Positions 51,081 through 63,389 of a stretch of 64,000 bases of DNA are shown one piece after another. The DNA is taken from the NCBI RefSeq assembly GCF_036321535.1, contig NC_087436.1, forward strand, positions 113,460,001 through 113,524,000, given 5' to 3'. The stretch is from Camelus dromedarius. Taxonomy: Eukaryota. The notes under the pieces are model-generated. The model ran no database searches and was not told the DNA's origin. It saw only the letters and a list, made by a program, of their open reading frames with translations. The translations under genes were made by a program, and so were the position numbers. Within the stretch, counting starts at the first letter, position 1. Every line of letters begins with the position of its first letter.

Positions 51081-51761
51081 GTAAGATCTCTGTGTTATCA
51101 AATAGTCAGTTTGTCTCTGTTTTCAAGAGGCACCAAATGACATGTAGAATGTGACAAACGCGTGATCATTCGTAGCAATCTGATGGATGCTAGTGTGTCT
51201 CTTTTATACTACGGAGCACCTATTCTGTTGAAAACAATATGCCAAGCACAGAAGGAAGGGCACAAATGAACAATATAAGGATGCTACTCTCACGAGTCCC
51301 ATGATTCAGTGGGGAAGATGCTCCCACGTGTCCATTCTGTCATATATCAGATATTTTCTGAGCATAAGAGGAAGATGGAATCTATGCAATGCAGTGCACT
51401 GTGCGGAGCCCTATGCCAGATGCATGAACTAAGCGCTGATGACTCTTGGAGAAAGGCGTGCTTAACGCAACATGGAGCTGGCATTCAGGCCAGATGGCGA
51501 GGTGGCCGAAGGGCATTCTGGTCTAAAGCTGGGGAACACATTAAACTTCTCATTCTTCTGCAAACAGGTCATGCCCTTTTACGATCTGCCTTTCTGACTC
51601 GGAGACCAAGGCAGGCTTCGGGTCTAGGTAAAGCTGCCTCTGAAATGACAAGTAGAATTTGGATATTAGTGAAGGGACCAGGGAGGGCCATCATAGGGAG
51701 GGAAACTGGGGTTGGGTTACGAAAGGCCTTAATGCTAAGAGAAGACAAAAACTTTTTTTTT

Positions 51762-52165
51762 TGTACGTGAATGTTCATAGCAGCTTTATTTGTTATAATC
51801 AAATGCTGGAAACAACCTAAATGTCTATCAACAGGTCGAGAGAGAAACGGTGATATGTCCACACAGTGGACGTGCTGCACATGCAACATGCCAGGCGGCA
51901 GCTACAACACGGGTAAGTCTCAGAATAATCATGCCAAGTGAAGGAAACCAGGCCAGGAAAAAGGTACATGCTCACTCACTGGTTCTATTTATATAAAATT
52001 CTAGAAAATGCAAACTGATATATATGTAGTGATATATGTAGTGATACATAGTGACAGAAGGTGGGTCGGTGACTGCCTGGGTACAGGGACGGGAGGGAGG
52101 AAACTTGGGGGTGATGGATGTTTATTATCATGATTGTGGTAATGGATTCACAGGTATGCATATGG
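51762..52165 (+). mobile_element. L1MC/L1MD 3' fragment
   Basis: gaatgttcatagcagctttatttgttataatcaaatgctggaaacaacctaaatgtctatcaacagg; tttatataaaattctagaaaatgcaaactgat. Confidence 0.9.
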
Positions 52166-52370
52166 AGAAGACAAAAACTCTTAGAGGGGAGCGACAAGCC
52201 CAGAATTATGCATATAAATCTGTGCGGGTGTGTGCACATACGTGCTCTGAAAATATGACACACAGCCTGCTTTCATCCTACTTGTTACATGGTGTTTTCA
52301 ACTCAAAATTTTGTATGCGTTGATCAAGAAATTGCCTTTTTTGGGGGGTAAGTGTTTGAGCAACAATAGG

Positions 52371-52600
52371 CGGCATGTGGTTTCAACATGAAGCCCACCG
52401 TTGACTCATCTGTCTCTCAGCGACTGAGATTTTTCATTGTCAATAACGTTAATTACATCCATCACTCATTCTAAAGTGACCTTTATTATCGCTACCCTTA
52501 ATGACATTCTCTCTGTATGGGCTCGCATTTGGGTGGCTCAAGGTTAGCGACGTCAGCCCTGAGTTTTTACCATCAGGCAGTCAGAGCTCCAGAGGTACGA
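52371..52600. promoter_or_regulatory. Candidate enhancer (AP-1, CRE-like and homeodomain motifs; CpG retained)
   Basis: TGACTCA 52402-52408, CGACGTCA 52548-52555, TAATTA, and 9 CpGs in ~230 bp of apparently unique DNA. Confidence 0.3.
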
Positions 52601-52799
52601 GTTAGACTCTCAAGCTCTCCTGTGGCTCCACCTCCCCCCTTACATGCTTGAACTGAAGTGCTGAACCAGGCTCTTCTATGAGGATGCAAAAAAGTGTATT
52701 TCCTGTTCATCAAACAGTTCTACATTTCAAAGGGTTGGGGCAAGATTTATTAAAAGAAAAAAAAAAGAGAGCTGGAAGGAGCAAACATTTATTAAGACA

Positions 52800-53020
52800 T
52801 CATTGAGAGAACATGGACCTTAGAGTCCGAAGACCCGAATTGAAATCTCAGATCTGCCACTAATTTGCTGGGTAACTTGAGCAAATCGGTTCCCTGCTCC
52901 GGGTCTCAGTTTTCTCCTCCTTTAGACAATCAGGGTGGTACTATCTCCCTTACTGGGTTGCTGGAGGGTTGAATGAGGTTCTGTATAGAAAGCAGTCCAT
53001 CCAGACCCTAGCTCAAGGTT
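52800..53020 (+). mobile_element. MIR SINE
   Basis: gagaacatggaccttagagtccgaagacccgaattgaaatctcagatctgccactaatttgctgggtaacttgagcaaatc. Confidence 0.8.
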
Positions 53021-54316
53021 GGCTCCTATTCTAGAAGTCCCAGGAGAAATGACAGCTGCAGACTATCATCTCCTGCAGGTTTTAGAATGTGTGTGAAGGG
53101 AAACATAAAATAAAACCGTCCCTTGAAAATCCCTTAAATCAAAGGGCAGCCTACATGGTTTTACGTAGATTCATAGATTACTTCTGGTTAGTGGCCAGTG
53201 TAAACACAAAACAGGTAAACAGACATATATTTTTTCACTGGAATCTATACTCATCACAGAACAGCAAGCTCACCATATTAGAAGTCCATGGAAACCAAGA
53301 ACCACTGAGAGAATAGGAATGGGAAAGGTGTATCCAGGGTGGCTTCCTGTAGAGTGATGCACTTGACTCAAAGCTCTGCTGTTACCATCTTGAAAATCTT
53401 AGTAGTTTTTGAACAAGGGCCTCTCAATTTTATTTTCCTCTGGGTCCCACAAGTTATGTAGTCAGTCCTGGTCCTATCTTCCAGTGATTGTTTCCCTCTA
53501 CTCCTTTGCACCCCCATTTGGTACAGATGAATTCACACGAGATAAATGTTTACACAGTATGTCTCTGCAGTGGAGTAACTACTGTACACAGTACCTTTGT
53601 GCGTTTTCAAGTGCACCCAGGGAGATTGGTATAAGTGTCCCCATTGGATAAGATGTGTAATTTGCTCAAGGTCATAGACTAGGAAGGGTTCAGATCAGAA
53701 CCGGTATGCCTGTCTACACTTACTACTGTACTATGAAAAATGAGAGAAAAATGCAGGACAAGTAATTCTAGTTCAAAAATACACACAGTGGCAAATGCCA
53801 GAAAGAGGATGTTTGAACTGAACTGATGTGCTCGGGCCATGCTGGACTCAGCAACGCATCACTTACTTACATTGAATTTTCTGGGTTACGTGCTTGCTTC
53901 CTGACATGGAGGCTGTAGGTTCTTATGCATCATTGTATCCCCAGCCCCCAGCACAGTCCTTGGCACTTAGAAAATATTCAGTAAGCATTTGCTGAGTGAA
54001 TGATACTCCCGCCAAGTTCTTCACTCAGCACGGACTTAGCCTTCCTGTGCCGCAGATTGACACCTTTGCTCTGTCTCTTCTTTGAAGATTTCTCTGACAC
54101 AAGAATATTCTTTAGCTCACATAATGTCTGATTATAATCAAACAAAACGTCCTAATATCATAACAAAAAAAAATTTGATGATGGCTCTTTTCTATAAAAC
54201 TTTGCTAGTTTATTATATATTTAAATGCTGTCAGAACATTCCAGTTATCATTTCATTCTCCACTAGCTAGGAGTCCCTTGAAAAAGGCCTTAGGAGAAAG
54301 AATTCCTCTTCCAGGT

Positions 54317-54318
<2 letters not shown>

Positions 54319-54350
<32 letters not shown>
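54319..54350. repeat. (AT)16 microsatellite at an L1 tail
   Basis: Directly visible. Confidence 0.97.
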
Positions 54351-54353
<3 letters not shown>

Positions 54354-54605
54354 AATCTCACTGTACTGAGTTATAATAGACATACAAAAAGCTACGCATA
54401 CTTAATGTACATAACTGAATGAGTCTAGAGATAAGAGTATGCCCATGAAACTATCACCACCCTAATCCATCCTCTCCAAAGTGTTTCCTACTTCCCTATT
54501 GATTTATTGTTACTATTTTTTTTGTGATGAAAATGCTTAACATAAGATCTATCCTCTTAGTAAAATTTTAAGCACATAATACAGCGTTGTTAACTATAGA
54601 TGCTA
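54351..54605 (-). mobile_element. L1MA9/10-like 3' terminus
   Basis: cttaacataagatctatcctcttagtaaaattttaagcacataatacagcgttgttaactatag. Confidence 0.8.
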
Positions 54606-54619
54606 CTTAATACCCCACG

Positions 54620-55020
54620 TCAGCTGTGTTCCCCCACTGCGCCTGGGAGTTAACATACACCCTCTGTCACTGCTTACTCATCCCTTACTCTGACCCGCAG
54701 TCAATGTGTCATAAGGGGCTATTGATTTTTCCTCCTAAATTTCCCAACACCATGCTCCCTCACCATGACCCACCACCTCTCCAGCTTGGACCCCACTTTT
54801 CTCCTTCCTGGACTGCTCCAGTGGCCTCCTGCCAAGCCTCTGGCATCACGCAGCAGGTGGAGAGGTCTTTCAATACAGGACTGTAACCTCAGCACCTTCT
54901 GCTTGAAAGGCCTCGCTGGCTTCTCACTGCTTACAGAAAAAGTTGTCATCTCTTGGCACAGCATTGGGGAGCTTCACTATCTAGCTCCAAACTCACTTCC
55001 TAGTTGGTTCTCCTGTGTAA
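54620..55020 (+). mobile_element. L2 fragment
   Basis: ctccttcctggactgctccagtggcctcc...ctggcttctcactgcttacagaaaa. Confidence 0.7.
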
Positions 55021-55789
55021 ACCCATCCTTGAAGCCGCTCACAGACTGACCCTGATACAGAGGTTAGTGCTGAAGGGAGATCAACACCTGTGGGAGGGTG
55101 GACAGAGGGAGCAGGGAAGCTGTGATGATGGCGACCTCTGCCAGCCCCCCTGGGAGCACTGGAGATAAAGCGCTGTGGAATGGTCCCCTTCTGGGGGCCA
55201 CAATATGGCCGGCCTTTGCACCCGCATCTCCGCCAGTGCTCCTGGAACGGGTGACCTTGGGCCAGGAGGCTCTCTGCAGCAGAAGCCCCCACTCAGGAGC
55301 TGCCAATGGCAGGTGTCTGTCCTCAGCACAGCCAGCAGCTGGGCAAGGGGTCCCTCCCTCCCAGAAGGAGAATCGGGAGCACATCTCCACATCTCTGCCC
55401 TCACCCTCCTTCCCCTCCGCAGAACGTTTACTCCCGTTTCTGTGGCTTCATGGCTTGTACTTGTTCCTTCTGTTGGAAGTGCCCTTTGCCTACTGCCCTC
55501 TCCCTTTCCCCTGGTACTCTCAGTTTTCCTTCGTGACTGATGCCCATGCTGACTTCTCCGGAAGCCCCTGCCCACTCTCCCAGGCAGAGTTGGCTGCTAC
55601 TCCACTGCTTCGTAGGCTCAGTCCACGCACACTGCTCACCTGCACTACGTGATAAGCCTGGGCTGGACACTGAAGGTGAAGGAGACACAGGTCTGCCCCC
55701 CGACCTGCTGGGGAGACTCCCCCTCTCTTGTGCCCAGCAGGACTTCGTGCTGTCTTGTAGCATCTGCCACACTGCTTATTTATGCGCCC

Positions 55790-56480
55790 ACTTGATCACT
55801 CACTCGTCCATTCATTGGGTGTTAATCACGTCCTCGCCTCCCCTGTGCCCAGCATTCTGTGCAGCACTGGGGATACAATGACCAATAGTCAGGTTTGCTG
55901 ACGGACAGAAATTAATCAATGGGTTATACAAAGCCTGCGTAATGCTGGCTTGCACAGAGCTGATGAAGAAGTTCATGGAGCCGTGAGGTTTTACAATAGG
56001 GTGCTTGACCCGGTCGAGAGGTTACGGGAAGTGGCCGGGAGAAGTGATAATTATGATCTCCAGTGGAGATTACAGAATGCACACAGGTCCCGCGGCAGGA
56101 GAGTGGATGGAGATGGGAAGGTGTGAAAGAACTTTGGTGAGGCTGGAGTTCACAGAGTGAGAGAATAGTAGGGAGCGATGCTGTTGTGATTGCTAGTGAT
56201 CATGTGGAAGTTAATCACTTGTCTTTGGCATTCAGTGGGAAGTCATTAAAAGGCTCTAAACAAAGGATTGAAATGATCAGATTAGAGATCAGAAAATGGG
56301 TGCTGGCCTCTGGAGAGCAGACTGGAGAAGGGAAAGGATTCCACGGGGACACCGAGGAGGCTATTTTCAGTCACCCACTGAGATAAGGGCAGCTTGGAGC
56401 AGGGTGGGGGCATGGAGAGAAGGGGCTAGATCTACAGCAATTTAGGGAAAAACTGACGAGCCTGGGTGATTGGTTTGTAT
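55790..56480 (-). mobile_element. L2 3' fragment
   Basis: gtgcccagcattctgtgcagcactggggatacaatg..., gaagtcattaaaaggctctaaacaaaggattgaaatgatcagatt. Confidence 0.8.
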
Positions 56481-57434
56481 GTGACTGGGGATGAAGGACA
56501 GGGAGCTGTCAAAGCTGCCTATGGATTCCAATTAATCACTGATCTTTTTGGATTCAGAATCCAGTGATAATTACAGGTCACTTAGTAGAGACAGACCCAC
56601 AGATGTGCACATACACACAACATTTTGCCTGTCACTTCAGAGGGATACAGAGAACTTCCAGAGCCCATTCCTGAGTCCCAGGTGGGCAAAGAGACTGTAT
56701 CTTATTCCTTGCTGTGCCTCTAAGTTCTGATTCTAGAAAGCAGCATAGAATCTGGCACTGGTCTGTGTTTGTTGAAGCAGTTACGAAAGGTGAGAAGGGA
56801 TGGAGGGCACTGAGAGCCTCCTGATGGTTAATTCTCTGCCCTTCCCACTGCCGTACAGCCGGAGGAAATTTAATAGCAGAACTACAGCTTGCATGTCTAT
56901 GAACCAACTGCTCATTAGCTTGCAAGGCAGCATTAGGTGGAAAAGTCCGCAAATGGACTCAGGAGCCTCCAGGTGGTGGAGAGGAATAAATTTGAAAGTG
57001 TTAAGGCTCCAAAGACCCGAGATTTGTCTGCGGCAGATGTCTCTCCATAGTGCTGAGTGCGTTGGACTGAAGAATAAAACTGTCTGCTTTTATTTCATGT
57101 GGGGGAGTACATCATTCGGAGATGAAGCCAGTCTGCCTGTGGCTGAGTGGATAAGTTACGTTAATGTCTGGCATCCAGCGATGTCTCATTTTTACCTTGT
57201 AGAGGGAACAGAAATGGTCATTGTGTTCAGAGACAGAGATTTAGAACAGAATCCTGCCTTTGCAGATAAGGCGTTTCAGGAGGCCAGTAAAGATAAGAGG
57301 GGAAAGAAATGCATAGGAGGAAGTTTTAAGAAAGATTTGGTTCACACGTGCTTACCTAGGCTGGGTTGGATTTTTCTCTTCCGGCTTTGAGTGGCTGCAT
57401 GCCTGGGGTAGCGAGAAGCCCGCCATCTGAACTG

Positions 57435-57570
57435 TGGACTCTTCAAGGGGACTTAGCGGTCACCTGGTTCAGTCCCCACCTCAGCAGTTCTTCTGCAGTG
57501 CCCTTGGCAGATAGGTAGCCTGTGGTTCCTCCTGAAGCCGCCCAAATGAGGCTCCATTGTTCAAAAATGC
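57435..57570 (-). mobile_element. L3/CR1 3' fragment
   Basis: ggacttagcggtcacctggttcagtcccc...cccttggcagataggtagcc. Confidence 0.45.
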
Positions 57571-57919
57571 TGATATAAAGTCCTGTCCAGACTCTTTATT
57601 CTATACTGGGTACAGCAAATAAGCTTAAATTCTCAGGACGACTCCAATTACTTGACAGAGCTTGCCTAGAGCTGAAAGATTCCATGGCTGAGTCTGGATT
57701 AAAAAAAAAAAAAAGAAAGAAAGCTGTAATCAATGTCTGTCAGAGAGGCAGGAGGAAGGAGGTTGAGGAGTGGTACCCTGGCAGCCAAACACATTCTGTA
57801 CTTGTCATCAGTTAATTAGTGCAGCATCTACTGTGTGCCAGTTGTGACCCCAGGAGCTGGGGATGTAAATCCAATGGTTATTTCTCAGTCTTCAGGTTAG
57901 TAGCCCTCTCTGCAGAATT

Positions 57920-58930
57920 AGACAGAGTTGGCCATTTTTTTTTTCTTAAGATACATCCCAGCTCCCGCCCTTACCCCTGCTTTGGCCTCCCTGAAGCCAC
58001 ACCTCTCTCACAAACCATTGCTCCTCAGCGTTCTCCTCTTCTTCTCTATCTTAACATGTTGCAAGCCCCTCAAATTGGCCCTGAATCTCCTTTCTGGCTC
58101 ACTCTCGATAATCACATCCAGTCCCGTATCTTCAAATATCATCTACAGGCTAATGACACTCAAGTTTATGTCCCTAGTCACAAAGGGAAAACTGACTCTA
58201 TAACCATCTTCTACCTGCCATCTCCACGTAGATATCTAAAACGCACCTTAAACATCACACATTCAAAAAAGAACTCTTGATTTCCATAGTATCTCTACCT
58301 CCCCCCAGTATAGCCTCATTCACTTGCCAGTCCTCCCATCTCAGCACATAGCACTGCTGTGCATCCAGTCGCCCTTGCCAGTGAGACAGGATCTCTTTCC
58401 TTCCCTCACCATCCCTCATCTAAGACAGCAGGGATTCCTGTCACTTCTGCCTCCGAAACTTCTCCCAGTCTGCCGCGGTCACTCTGCCCCCGACCACCAT
58501 CCTCATCCCAGGCCGTCCTCGTTCTTGCCTGGAATACGTCAGCAGTTTTATCTGCTCTCTCTGTCCCATTCTTGTCCCTCTCGGCCTACTAACTGCACAA
58601 GAAGGAGAAGTTTCAAAAATAAATGTTAATAAGATCAGGTCAACTAGTTTGTTTAAAATGCTCCAAAGAAAATCCAAACTGCTCCTCCTGGTTTATGGGG
58701 TCAGTTTCAGTCTTTGACCACCTCTTAGGCCTCCCTGTTCCTACTTTCTTCAGCCACTCACTGGCCCGCTTTCTGTTCCTCCAACAAGCCATGCATATTC
58801 TCTCTTTAGAGGGGACTTCAGATTTTTTATTTCTCTTTCTAGAATATTTTTCTCTTGGATCTTTCTGTGGTTGATTCCCTCTTGTCTTTTAGGTCTTAGC
58901 TTTCATTGTACCTTGCAGGATATCTTTATC
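57920..58930 (+). mobile_element. L2 LINE, ~1 kb ORF2/3' remnant
   Basis: cttcaaatatcatctacaggctaatgacactcaagtttat...cacgtagatatctaaaacgcaccttaaac..., ttcttagccactcactgg-like 3' region. It explains ORFs 57819-58874. Confidence 0.88.
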
Positions 58931-59366
58931 ATCTCTGTAATCACCTCCCCGATGTCTCTGCCTCCTTGTGCCCTGCTCCCCACTCCCCCACTTCACAGAT
59001 TTCAGCCTGGTTGACTTGACTCAACACAGTCCAGAACCATAAAGCGATAATCAGCAGGTCACTGACACAAAGGAACAGCGATTGTAATAACATGATGCGA
59101 TGTGAGTGGCACAGGGGTGGTACTTGTGGGCTGCCTTACCCCCCACACCCTGCTAGCCCTGCAGCTTTCTAGCATGGCTGCATTCCTGGCCTCAGATGTA
59201 ACCCTTTCTATAGTGCTTCCAAGTTTGGTTGCACACAATACCTCTTCTTGTCAATCAACTCAGTGTCTCCAAAGTGGGAGGGTGCCTCTCTCTCGGTGCC
59301 CAGTAGGTTTCCAGGGAGACCTTCCGATAGACAGTTCTCCTGTCTAAGGTCTATAGTTGATATGAA

Positions 59367-59535
59367 GTCATGGTCTTCAGAGTGTGATCTGATGTTTGCT
59401 TGAATCAGAATCCCTTGGTGTGACTGTAAAAATGCAGATGATTGGGACTCTCGCAGACCTACTGACTCATAATCTCTGAATTATTAACAGATTCCCCAGA
59501 TGATGAGGGCTGCTGGTCTCAGAAGTTCATTGGGG
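59367..59535 (+). mobile_element. MER5A-type hAT-Charlie MITE
   Basis: gaatcagaatcccttgg...aaaaatgcagatg...cagacctactgactcataatctctg...ttaacagattccccagatgat. Confidence 0.75.
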
Positions 59536-60411
59536 ATGGAAAAAGTGATGAATTCAGGCTGGGGAGACAGTGCTTTCCCGCCCCTGCTGCAGCCCTTCCC
59601 AGTGGGGTCACTTTGACACGTCACCCACCTTCTATGAGCATCACTTGAAGGGAAGGAATGCATCTTATTTATATTTATCTTTATTCAGTGACTAGAACAT
59701 AGGTGGTGCTTAACTAGGGTTAAAAGAACGAATGCATGAAGATCTTCACCCACACTGCACCCACTGAAGGGGACAACTCAGGGAAAACTCCCGAGCAATG
59801 TCCTATACATGGTAGGTGAGCGTCCGGGGCAGTTCTCTCCCATCCCCCTAAGGACGGTGGCTTGTCATCTGTGGGTGACTTGAGCAGAGGCACTGCAGTG
59901 TGGAGGAGATGCTGGGTGTTCAGAGACCTTGCTGAGACCCAGAGATAATAGGTGCTTCTAGAACAGAGATCCCTTCTCATTCTTCTCCCTGGTCTCTGCC
60001 CATTGTCCTGGGAGTGGCCAAACTCATGAAGGTCAGCCAAGGCCAATCACAGAGGGCAGGGCTATGACTGCCATTGTGCTCTCCAGGGGCCGGGAGGGCA
60101 CCTGGTGGATACAAGGTCTGTGTCCAGAGGCAGAACAGCATCTTGGCTGCGATTAGCAGCTAAGAGTAGGGGCTCTGTAGAGGGTTAAACTGGGGATTTG
60201 GGGTCCTGGGTATGAACAAATGAATCCTGGTCTTAACCATTGGTTGATACCTGCTGATACCATTGGAAAATATAGTGATTTCTCCTCAACTCAGAGTTTT
60301 TATCTGTGAAAGGGTCATAAAGTATCTCCCATATCTACTCCCAGCCTTCTTGTGAGAATCAGATGAGGTATGAGGACATAGTTATTGTCTTTCTTTATAG
60401 ACCACATGGTG

Positions 60412-60587
60412 ATGCTTTCTGCTCAAAATGTGGTCCCCAGACCTGCAGCGTTGGCATCATTCACTCAGGAGCTTGTTGGAGATGCAGAATCTCAGGCTCC
60501 TCTCCAAACTTCCTGAATCAGAATGTCATTTCAACATGATCCCCAGGTGATTTCAAATATACATTAAAGTTTGAGAAGCAAAGGCTA
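60412..60587 (+). mobile_element. MER5A hAT-Charlie MITE
   Basis: ctcaaaatgtggtccccagacctgcagcgttggcatca...gatgcagaatctcaggctcc...ccccaggtgatttc...acattaaagtttgagaagca. Confidence 0.88.
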
Positions 60588-61204
60588 TACAATTATTAGA
60601 AATTTTTAGTTCTACAAACACTTATTTTTTTAGAGATCCTCCAGACAAAGGGAATGTGTCTGATTTATCTCAGTTAACTACCTACAATATAACTGACCCT
60701 TAACTAGAGTTGAATGAATGCAGATCTCACTCTTATGTGCTATTTGGAGCTCTTTCCCTAATATTTCTTCTGCTGTAATAGCAGGACATGGACAGGATGA
60801 TTGCAGCTATCTTGCAGCCAGCTTTTGCCAACCACAGATGCAGGCATTTAGTATGTGATTAAGGACAGAGTAATCCACTTACTGCGAGTTGTGGGGGATA
60901 TTTGGCAGGAACTAAGGGACAGAGGTTGGATTTTAAAGAGTTTCCAAAGATAATGTCTTTCCCAATTATTTAGAGCCCTTAGTAACTTAGGTCACACCCA
61001 GACAGAAATAAGCCTTCTTAAGAGAGAATTCTCTAAACAGGACTCTTGTTCACTTTGGCACAGAATCTAGACTCAAGGTCTGTCCGGGTGTTTATGTAAC
61101 ATGATGTGGAGGGGGTTGCCCGATTTTGTTGAGCTGAGACTAACTGAACTTACCATCTAAAGGTGAAATGCTTTTTGTTTCCTAGATTTTACTACCCGCT
61201 AAAT

Positions 61205-61700
61205 TAAAGAATTAATCTACTCCATCAAATAGTACAGTGCTTGACTTGGGGTTACCATAGTGAACATGCTAACAATCCCTGTTCTATCAAATAATTGCCG
61301 GCTGTAATTCATAGGGAGGTTTGAGGAAGTACAGACTGAAATGCAAGAGCGTGGCGGGCAAACTCAGGCTAGGAAGGGTAGAGGTGATGGGGAGGCACTT
61401 CCTGCAGGAAGTGACCTTTAGGCTGACCCCCGAAGGATGAGTAGGAATTCCACGATGGGGATGGGAAGGAGGAAATGAAGCTGGTAGCAGAACAGCATGG
61501 GTCAAGGCCTAGAGGCAAGAGAGTATGTGCTCTAGCAAAGGAGGTGAAGCAGTGAATGCTTTGGATAGCCGCAGTGCCTTTGTGTGAGCAGCTTGGGGGC
61601 ATGTATGTGAGGTGTGGTGTGTGATGAGACCTAAAGTGGTAGAATTAACTAAGGGTGGGGCCTCCCAGGGCTATTGAGAATCCGCCCAAGAAATTTGCAT
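61205..61700 (-). mobile_element. L2 fragment
   Basis: gggaggcacttcctgcaggaagtgacctttaggctgacccccgaaggatgagtagga...aacagcatgggtcaaggcctagagg. Confidence 0.8.
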
Positions 61701-62289
61701 TTTATTTCCAGGTCAATGGAGGAAAACTTTGCAAGTGTTAGTGGTCTGATACAGTTAGCAGTTCTCTCTAACGGACTAGTGAGCCCCTTCATCGATATGG
61801 CGATGGGAAGAGATTTGTCCCAGGTCTGCACCCCCCGTCCTGCCCACGTGTCTCTTACTCTGAGCTGGGTGCCTGCTGCTGGCTTTGCATCCGTAAACAC
61901 TAAGCACAGGAGGGTCCTAGTTATTGCCTTGTGCACTTCTTCAAAGAATAGTATTCCTCTACCAAGACTTCATCAACTGAACCCTCCCGGTCACTCTGCT
62001 TCCCGTCCTCTAATGTGAGTGCCTCCTCTCTGTGGCCTCCTTTTCTGGGTTCCCCTGCCTGGAGGGGCATGAAAGGCTCTGGCAACTTTGAGCCTGAGAT
62101 GCAAACAGCTGCCCACCTGGGCCTCACCAGCAGCATCACCATGTCCACTCCCCAAGCCCAGGTAAGCTCATTGTTGTGCAATCGTTTTATACCTATTCGT
62201 ATACCAACTACACTTACACATGCTTACACTGCCCGGGCTCTTAACTGTGAGCTGTCACTATCAGAAGGGTTTTGAGAGGTGGGGTGGCC

Positions 62290-62490
62290 AGAATGCAAGA
62301 TTGAGGGTCACAAGAGCTGGCCTGAATTGCGTCCCCTTCCTGCCCTCATTCTGTGACCTTGGGTGAGTCACCTGAATCTTGGTTTCTGTAGCTATACACA
62401 AGGACAAACAAGAGCATGTGCCCTGTCTCTTGTCTGGGTAGTGGTGAGATCAAACGACATGGTGCGTGGGAACGTGCTCTGTAAATTTCC
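62290..62490 (+). mobile_element. MIR SINE
   Basis: ctgtgaccttgggtgagtcacctgaatc...gtgagatcaaacgacatggtgcgtgggaacgtgctctgtaaa. Confidence 0.7.
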
Positions 62491-63389
62491 ATGAAAGAGT
62501 GGGCTTCCACTGGCGCCCTGGGTGTTGCTGGCTTAGTTCCTGGCCTCACCACCCTGTGCTGGCGCAGCTGAAGGCAGACCGGACCCAGGAGTCGTGTATC
62601 CCTCACCTTCCACAGCTAATCACTGTCTGAGGCTTGTAAATTAGGTTTCATTTTGTCAGGACTCCTGCACTCAGTCACTTAATGGACAACCCAATTAGGA
62701 ATCATCTGTCCAAATGTAAACATGATTTTAGTTCTTAACTGTTGAGTCCACATAATTTTTGGTGACATGACCCACCGCGAAACCCTTTCTTTCTGGTGGA
62801 CCTACAGTATACACACCCGGCTTTCTCCCCTTGTGTGTGATTACCTTCTCAAGCTTCTTGCCGGCATTTTCTGAAAGGTTAATGGAACAACATTAAATTC
62901 CAGTTCATTTCAGAGTTCCTGATTTCCTCTAAATTTTTTCTTAGGGAATGTTTAACAGTACATAGATTGAGAGACGTATGGATAGGTAACACAGAAGAGC
63001 AAGTGATTGTCTCTCTTCAAATAACTGTCCCCCCAAATCCAAAACACTGACTTTGCAGCATGCAGGGGGGATTAAAGGTTTGCAGCATAATGATGCAAAT
63101 GGAATTTAGACATTTTCTTAAAAAAAGATCCCTAGTATTTTATCCTTGAAAGGGATCCTCCCATCTTTCCTTCTCATCCATATATATGGTGGGAATTCCT
63201 CTCCTGGAGACATGGTACTGTTATTAGAAAGTCTCAGCATTTACATTCAGGTCAACCTGAAGATGGCAGAAAGGGTTCTTCTTTAAAGATGGCACCTGCA
63301 CAGGTCATGTCCTCCCCAAAACCTTCCTCAAGCATCCCTCCCCATCAGAGCAGATAGTGTTTCTTTCTCTTTGCTCTCAAGTGATACCC

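Noticed and set aside
55064-55881. Stack of 108-184 aa ORFs on both strands
   Set aside because: GC-rich sequence lacks stops; the peptides are P/S/G/A-rich and unrecognisable.
56530-56572. Imperfect inverted repeat (aattaatcactg...ggattc-a-gaatcc...cagtgataatt)
   Set aside because: The stem is short with a large bulge, too weak for a miRNA or structured RNA call.
56800-57390. Longest ORF (196 aa, +)
   Set aside because: No recognisable domain or motif, random-looking composition and no supporting gene structure. An ORF of this size is plausible by chance in 64 kb across six frames.
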